Assembly (NCBI GenBank): GCA_046482565.1
Contig: JAWOEV010000197.1
Location: 1-31,016 of the forward strand
Reading direction: 5' to 3'
Source of the DNA: Lentisphaeria bacterium
GTDB lineage: Bacteria; Verrucomicrobiota; Lentisphaeria; Oligosphaerales; MVZH01
DNA: 31,016 bases
The number at the start of each line of letters is the position of its first letter. The first letter of the stretch is position 1. Both the position numbers and the translations under genes were made by a program. Shown here piece after piece: positions 25,765-31,016 of the stretch. The notes under the pieces were generated by a model. The model was not told the origin of the DNA. It saw nothing but the letters and a program-made list of their open reading frames with translations, and searched no databases.

Positions 25765-26262
25765 ATGCCCCGACCATCCTGGGATGAATACTTTCTCAAG
25801 CTGGCCATGCTGGCATCTGAGCGCGCGACATGCCCGCGCATGCACTGCGGGTGTGTACTGGCCAAAGACCGCTTCGTACTGGCAACCGGCTACAACGGTT
25901 CGCTTCCCGGCACACCCCACTGCGACGAGGCTGGATGTTTAATTGTGGACGGTCATTGCGTCCGGACAAATCACGCCGAGATAAACGCCCTGTGCCAGGC
26001 CACCCGCCACGGCTCCAGCCTGGACGGTGCTACCGCTTATGTGACGAACATGCCCTGTACAGCCTGTGCCAAGGCCCTGATTGCCGCCGGCATCATCAGA
26101 GTAGTTATTTTTTCCGAATTCCATGACACTTTGGCTGAAAAGTTCTTCACCGAAACAGGGGTTGAGCTCGTCCGGCTTCCCATGCCCGCCGGGCAAATTG
26201 AATATGACCTCGAGAACTATTCCTCGGCGCACACCTGCGTAAAATGCGATTGCGATGGTTGA
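25765..26262 (+). CDS. dCMP/cytidine deaminase family protein (ComEB-like)
   Basis: MPRPSWDEYF, TGYNG, HAEINAL, PCTAC zinc motif. Confidence 0.92.
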   Translation: MPRPSWDEYFLKLAMLASERATCPRMHCGCVLAKDRFVLATGYNGSLPGTPHCDEAGCLIVDGHCVRTNHAEINALCQATRHGSSLDGATAYVTNMPCTACAKALIAAGIIRVVIFSEFHDTLAEKFFTETGVELVRLPMPAGQIEYDLENYSSAHTCVKCDCDG

Positions 26263-26334
26263 AACAGTGGAGGGAGCCTCCGCAGGTTACCGCGGGCAGG
26301 CTCCAAGCCGCATTTTGCCTGACATAGACAAAAT

Positions 26335-27084
26335 ATGAGTAGAGCTATCCATAAAACAGGCATAAACGGACGCGCGGCAAAACAACCGTTACCGGCCATT
26401 ATCACTATTCATGATGTAATGCCCGAAACTATGCCTGGCGTTCGCGCCATAATCGAATTCATGGAAAAGCTCCGCTTACCACCCGCAATGCTGCTCGTAA
26501 GCCCGGGGAAAGGCTGGGGCCGGGACGGCCTCTCAGAACTGCGTGAATTAAGCCGGCGCGGACACCCCCTGTGCGGGCACGGCTGGCGGCATACGGCCCC
26601 GCAGATTGGCAGTTTATATCATCGCTTCCACGCTTTTTTTATGTCCCGCCAAGCAGCTGAACACCTTTCTTTCAGCCGAGCGGAAATACGCACCCTGATG
26701 CGTAATTGTTCCGACTGGTTTGCCGAACATAATCTATCCCCCCCGGATTATTATGTACCACCCGCCTGGGCCATGGGAAAGGTTTCACACGCCGATCTTA
26801 AGACCCTGCCCTACCGCTTTTATGAAACTATTTCAGGAATTTACGATTCGCAAAAACACTGCTTCTCTAAATTACCGCTGGCCGGATTTGAGGCGGACAC
26901 CGCCTTACGCGCCATCTTTCTGAGGGTTTACAATGCAGTCAATTACCAACGTGCATATCGAACTCACCAACCATTACGAATAGCAATCCACCCCCATGAC
27001 CTAGATCTATGCCTGGGACAAGACTTACGCAAACTCTTAAACCGGCAAATTGACTGCGTTTCTTACAAAAACCTGAATCCGTGA
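26335..27084 (+). CDS. Polysaccharide deacetylase-like protein (DUF2334)
   Basis: IHDVMP, GHGWRH, YVPPAW, IAIHPHDL. Confidence 0.75.
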   Translation: MSRAIHKTGINGRAAKQPLPAIITIHDVMPETMPGVRAIIEFMEKLRLPPAMLLVSPGKGWGRDGLSELRELSRRGHPLCGHGWRHTAPQIGSLYHRFHAFFMSRQAAEHLSFSRAEIRTLMRNCSDWFAEHNLSPPDYYVPPAWAMGKVSHADLKTLPYRFYETISGIYDSQKHCFSKLPLAGFEADTALRAIFLRVYNAVNYQRAYRTHQPLRIAIHPHDLDLCLGQDLRKLLNRQIDCVSYKNLNP

Positions 27085-27346
27085 GAAAATTGGCAAAAAG
27101 TCTATTTCGCCTGCCATTACCTTTCGACGCAGTCGAAATATTAACAGTTTGTCCCGTCGGCTGGCGGCATGAAATAAAACACATTGACTGGCATCTCTCT
27201 GACGGTCGACGCTAAGTCCGACAAACTGCTAAGCGGCTTGAGAAGCGCCGGTTATTCCGCTCGAGTTTACTTGTGTTGACAACCGGGGCCGTTATCTTAG
27301 GAGCCAATCCTCGTTTCCCGTAATTGCCAAAAGAAGGTATTAATCC

Positions 27347-28546
27347 ATGCTTACCGTCGACAGTGTAAACTTAATTTTTGACGCCGCCTCAATTCGGCGC
27401 TGGAATGACCAAGTGCGCCCCGTGGAGTTCACTGAACTTGATAAGCAAGCGCACAAAATGATAATTGCATGGCTACTGGCCCATAGTGAACCCCAAGACG
27501 CCCGCCAAGCCCCGGACTTTTGGGAAAAACTGATTGAAGGAGGAATATTTGAGCTTTTCCAGCGCATTGTTTTGACTGATATCAAGCCACATGTATTTCA
27601 TCACATGATGGAACATAACAAGGCCGAGGTAAATGCCTTCCTCAAGGAAAAACTGCGCACCATAATTACCAAAATCGACCCGGCCCTGTTTGAGCGCTTC
27701 TGCTTATATCTTGATGATCCGGATTATGCCCATTTGCAACGCCAGATTCTGCACGCGGCACACTACTTGGCGACCAACTGGGAATTTCGAATTATTTATA
27801 ATTTCTGTGAAGGGATCTACGGTATTGAAAAAACTCGACGCGAAATAGAAAATCAAATAGAGGATCATTACAACCTGCTTGGCGTTCGCAAAATTGCCCT
27901 CGGCAAAAAAACCTCCCAGCTGGTGGACCTATGCGGACAACTGCGATTTCAAAGACGCTGGTCTCAATCACCCAGGATCCCGGAAACCTCTGTGCTTGGA
28001 CATATGTACACGGTCGGAATTTTAGCCTATCTCTGCGGCTTGGAACTCAACGCCTGCCAACGCCGCCTTTACAACGATTTCTACGGCGGCCTTTTTCACG
28101 ATCTGCCGGAAGTGCTGACGCGCGACATAACCTCCCCGGTTAAGTCAGGGGTTGAAGGGCTCGAAGACACCCTGAAAGCTTATGAGAAATATACCATGGA
28201 AAACAACCTTCTGCCGCTGTGCCCGGCCGAGTTGCGGAGCGAATTACGCTACTTCACCGAAGACGAATTCGCCAACCGCATAATCGACCGGGGAACAATC
28301 AAAAACAACCTGAGCGTTGAGGATATTAACCAACAATTCAACACCGATGATTTTTCCCCTATAGATGGACGCATCATCCGCGTCTGCGACCATTTGGCCG
28401 CTTTCGCCGAAGCCTGCGTGTCAGATCGGTACGGTATAACCTCGAGCTACCTCCGGGAAGGACGCAACAGACTTTATGAAAAATACCGGCGCGAATCTAT
28501 AGCCGGGCTCAACTTCGGACCGGTCTTTGAAGGCCTCAATGAATAA
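27347..28546 (+). CDS. Tandem HD-domain phosphohydrolase (YfbR-like C-terminal domain)
   Basis: RRWND...ELDKQAH in a degenerate first domain; QRRWS...SVLGH, FHDLPEVLTRDITSPVK and CDHL in the second. Confidence 0.8.
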   Translation: MLTVDSVNLIFDAASIRRWNDQVRPVEFTELDKQAHKMIIAWLLAHSEPQDARQAPDFWEKLIEGGIFELFQRIVLTDIKPHVFHHMMEHNKAEVNAFLKEKLRTIITKIDPALFERFCLYLDDPDYAHLQRQILHAAHYLATNWEFRIIYNFCEGIYGIEKTRREIENQIEDHYNLLGVRKIALGKKTSQLVDLCGQLRFQRRWSQSPRIPETSVLGHMYTVGILAYLCGLELNACQRRLYNDFYGGLFHDLPEVLTRDITSPVKSGVEGLEDTLKAYEKYTMENNLLPLCPAELRSELRYFTEDEFANRIIDRGTIKNNLSVEDINQQFNTDDFSPIDGRIIRVCDHLAAFAEACVSDRYGITSSYLREGRNRLYEKYRRESIAGLNFGPVFEGLNE

Positions 28547-28680
28547 GGTAGTGTCAAACGTTTTATGAAAACTATGAAAAGGGAAATCGGTTAACGAGAA
28601 CGGGCGACAAGAGCGGATTACGATCCTCCTTCGCTAAAGCTACGTTTGACAAAACCTTATAAAGCATAAGGAGTAACTTG

Positions 28681-29418
28681 ATGTATGATACCAACGCGTC
28701 CGAAAACGAAAGCAAAACCGCATATCTTATTGCCGAAATGCCCGACACTGAGCGCCCCAGAGAGCGCATGGAGGCGGCTGGCGCAAAGGCCTTAAGCGAC
28801 ACCGAGCTTCTGGCGATCCTGTTGCGCACCGGGCGGCCCGGCCGATCCGTCATTGATTTAGCCCGCGATGTTCTAACCGCTTTTCAGGGAGATCTGGCTC
28901 GAATTGCCGGGGCCAGCTTGGCGGAACTTTGTAAAATACCAGGTATCGGAAAAGCGAAAGCGATCGAAATCAAGGCGGCATTCACCTTGGCCCAGCGTCT
29001 CAGCATAAGAGATAAAATGCAAGCCCCGATCTTAGAATCCCCGGCCGACGTCGCCAACCTTATGCGGGAACAGTTTCGCCCCAAAAAACAGGAAGAATTT
29101 CACGCTTTACTGTTGGACACCAAGCATGGCCTTTTGCGGGATGAATGCATAACCATCGGCTTGGTCGATCGCAGTCAGATACACGCCAGAGAAGTTTTCC
29201 GGAATGCCATTCAGGAGTGCTGCTCGCGGGTTATATTAACCCATAACCACCCAAGCGGCGACCCCACCCCGTCACCCCAGGATATCAAATGCACCAAAAA
29301 TCTCGTCGCTGCAGGAAAAATAATCGGCATCCAGGTTCTTGACCATGTTATCATCGGCTCCAAAACCGACCAAAGAAGGCGCGACTACCTCAGCCTGCGA
29401 GAAGAAAAGCTTATGTGA
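28681..29418 (+). CDS. radC: RadC (HhH + JAB domain)
   Basis: ERPRER...LSDTELLAILLRTG, GIGKAKA, REVF, HNHPSGDPTPS..D, LDHVIIG; RBS AAGGAG. Confidence 0.95.
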   Translation: MYDTNASENESKTAYLIAEMPDTERPRERMEAAGAKALSDTELLAILLRTGRPGRSVIDLARDVLTAFQGDLARIAGASLAELCKIPGIGKAKAIEIKAAFTLAQRLSIRDKMQAPILESPADVANLMREQFRPKKQEEFHALLLDTKHGLLRDECITIGLVDRSQIHAREVFRNAIQECCSRVILTHNHPSGDPTPSPQDIKCTKNLVAAGKIIGIQVLDHVIIGSKTDQRRRDYLSLREEKLM

Positions 29419-29560
29419 TACACCCCCCCCTGATCGTATACCGGCACTGGGCTGACGCAACCCCAAATATTTCCCTTTGGAGTCCAAAACTGCTATAGTA
29501 ATTTGAGCGATTAATTTTAATTTCTGATATCATTCAAGAACAAAAGACAAAGGATACATA

Positions 29561-30751
29561 ATGTTTGGAAAAGGATTGAAAATTTTCAGTATTGCGGGAT
29601 TCGACGTGAAAATTGATTTCAGCTGGCTGATTATCGGGTTACTCGTGACTTGGTCATTGGCTGACGGGATCTTTCCGCAATTCTACGATGGTCTAGCCAC
29701 TCGTACTTACTGGCTGATGGGGCTGGCTGGCGCCCTGGGGCTGTTCATGTCAATCGTCTGGCATGAGTTGTGCCACAGCCTAGTGGCCCGCCAATACGGT
29801 CTTCCAATGGGTGGCATAACCCTGTTTATCTTTGGCGGGGTCGCCGAAATGACTGAGGAACCGCCCAACCCGAAAGCGGAGTTTTTCATGGCCCTGGCCG
29901 GCCCGGTTTCCAGTATAATTCTGGGTTTATTCCTACTGATTATCGCCGTTGGAAGTAAAGCCCTGACTCTAGCCGACCCGATCACCGGAACCTTCTTTTA
30001 TCTCGGTTTTATAAATCTGGTTCTGGCAGGCTTTAATCTGTTTCCAGGTTTTCCGCTGGACGGCGGACGCCTGCTCCGCTCCGCCCTTTGGCACTGGAAA
30101 AACGACCTGCGCTGGGCCACCCGCATCGCCGCCAATATCGGCGGCGGCTTCGGAATGGCCTTGATCATCCTGGGAATTCTTCAACTCATAATTCCCCCCG
30201 CCAATATAATCGGCGGGGTATGGTACTTCATCTTGGGAATGTTCCTGCGAGGTGCCGCAAAGTCAGCTTATCAACAGGTTCTTCTGCGCCAGTCACTCGG
30301 GGGTGAAAAAATCCGCCAATTTATGAATGACCACCCGATTACCGTCGATTCTGACACCTCTCTAGAACGCTTGGTCGAAGACTACATTTACCATTACCAC
30401 CATAAAGTCTTTCCGGTCCTAAACGATGGTAAGCTGTACGGACTTGTGCATACCAGACAGGTCAAACAATTCCCTCGGGAAGAGTGGTCGGATCACACCG
30501 TGGATGAAATTGCCGAACACTCTTCCGACAATAACACCATCAGCCCCGATACCGACGCCATGGATGCCTTATCCCGCATGCATCAGACCCAAACCAGCCG
30601 TTTGCTGGTCGTCGAAACCGGTGAGTTGGTCGGCATCCTCAGCCTCAAAGACCTGCTCGGCTTCTTCTCGATGAAAGTGGAATTAGAAGAGAACGAAGGC
30701 GAGCCTACACCACCACCGCAGGCTGTGCCGCAACCGCCAGGCAGAAGTTAG
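29561..30751 (+). CDS. Site-2 (M50) metalloprotease with tandem CBS domains
   Basis: HELCH (HExxH), ITLFIFGGVA, ALAGP, NLFPGFPLDGG, and two CBS repeats. Confidence 0.93.
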   Translation: MFGKGLKIFSIAGFDVKIDFSWLIIGLLVTWSLADGIFPQFYDGLATRTYWLMGLAGALGLFMSIVWHELCHSLVARQYGLPMGGITLFIFGGVAEMTEEPPNPKAEFFMALAGPVSSIILGLFLLIIAVGSKALTLADPITGTFFYLGFINLVLAGFNLFPGFPLDGGRLLRSALWHWKNDLRWATRIAANIGGGFGMALIILGILQLIIPPANIIGGVWYFILGMFLRGAAKSAYQQVLLRQSLGGEKIRQFMNDHPITVDSDTSLERLVEDYIYHYHHKVFPVLNDGKLYGLVHTRQVKQFPREEWSDHTVDEIAEHSSDNNTISPDTDAMDALSRMHQTQTSRLLVVETGELVGILSLKDLLGFFSMKVELEENEGEPTPPPQAVPQPPGRS

Positions 30752-31016
30752 CCCGACTTTCGCAGAAATTCGGGCTAAAACAAAATTTTTGAGAAATTTT
30801 GTGTCATAAGTCGTTGCATTGCAACAAAAGTAGCTCCATTTAAGCTATGTAGTGCCAATCAACGGCTTGCAATGTATTTGCTCGGGTTATGTTGTTCTTA
30901 TTATGTTTTTTCGCATTAAGACAACTCGCTCGGGAGAAGCGCTACAGCTGGTCGAATCCTACCGTAACCGGGAGGGAAAGCCACGGCAGCGCATCGTGGT
31001 ATCACTGGGGGTTGAT
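30748..31016 (+). mobile_element. Left end of an IS1634-like insertion sequence (continues beyond window)
   Basis: Same left end as 21038, here after TTAG, then a transposase-like ORF open to the window edge. Confidence 0.75.
30903..31016 (+). CDS. IS1634-family transposase N-terminus (partial)
   Basis: MFFRIKTTRSGEALQLVESYRNREGKPRQRIVVSLGVD matches the LQLVESYR..GKPRQR....LG start of IS1634-family transposases. Confidence 0.75.
   Translation, partial: MFFRIKTTRSGEALQLVESYRNREGKPRQRIVVSLGVD

Noticed and set aside
25765-28546. Nucleotide-depletion anti-phage system (dCTP deaminase/dGTPase type)
   Set aside because: The deaminase is a short ComEB-like protein without the kinase-like domain of defence dCTP deaminases, the HD protein is YfbR-like rather than Dgt-like, and the context is housekeeping.
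28622-28644. CCTCCTTCGCTAAAGCTACG and AAGCAAGCTACGGC (about 4925-4938) as a third REP family
   Set aside because: Only about 8 nt are shared, with no complete palindrome in either place, which is too weak to support from this window.
28681-29418. radC as a marker of a mobile island
   Set aside because: It is the full-length HhH+JAB chromosomal form, not the short JAB-only form typical of ICEs and prophages.

Overview
Gene-dense, mostly housekeeping bacterial chromosome segment of about 52% GC (estimated by eye). It is probably from the PVC superphylum; this is inferred from an Amuc_1102-like protein and outer-membrane genes, not proven. Genes, left to right: 5' end of a cobalamin-riboswitch-controlled TonB-dependent receptor, a truncated exonuclease III remnant, an MMPL/RND + LolA-like + DUF6132-thioredoxin + FmdB zinc-ribbon module, tlyA-proA-nadA-EF-G2, a PP2C phosphatase, lysS, an AraC / L-fucose-isomerase-family / xylulokinase sugar locus split by a lipoprotein gene, a Ser/Thr kinase, tRNA-Gln(CTG), ftsW/rodA, lplA, an AI-2E transporter, an Amuc_1102-like protein, a dCMP deaminase, a DUF2334/deacetylase, a double-HD protein, radC, an M50-CBS protease, and the left end of an IS1634-like element running off the window. 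The most notable signal is non-coding. A family of hairpin-rich intergenic elements share terminal repeats of the form TAG|CCCR-N5-YGCA. They include an internally deleted copy of the IS1634-like element flanked by CTAG/CTAG. Three of the family's ends sit exactly on TAG stop codons, and two elements bracket a passenger gene inside the sugar locus.
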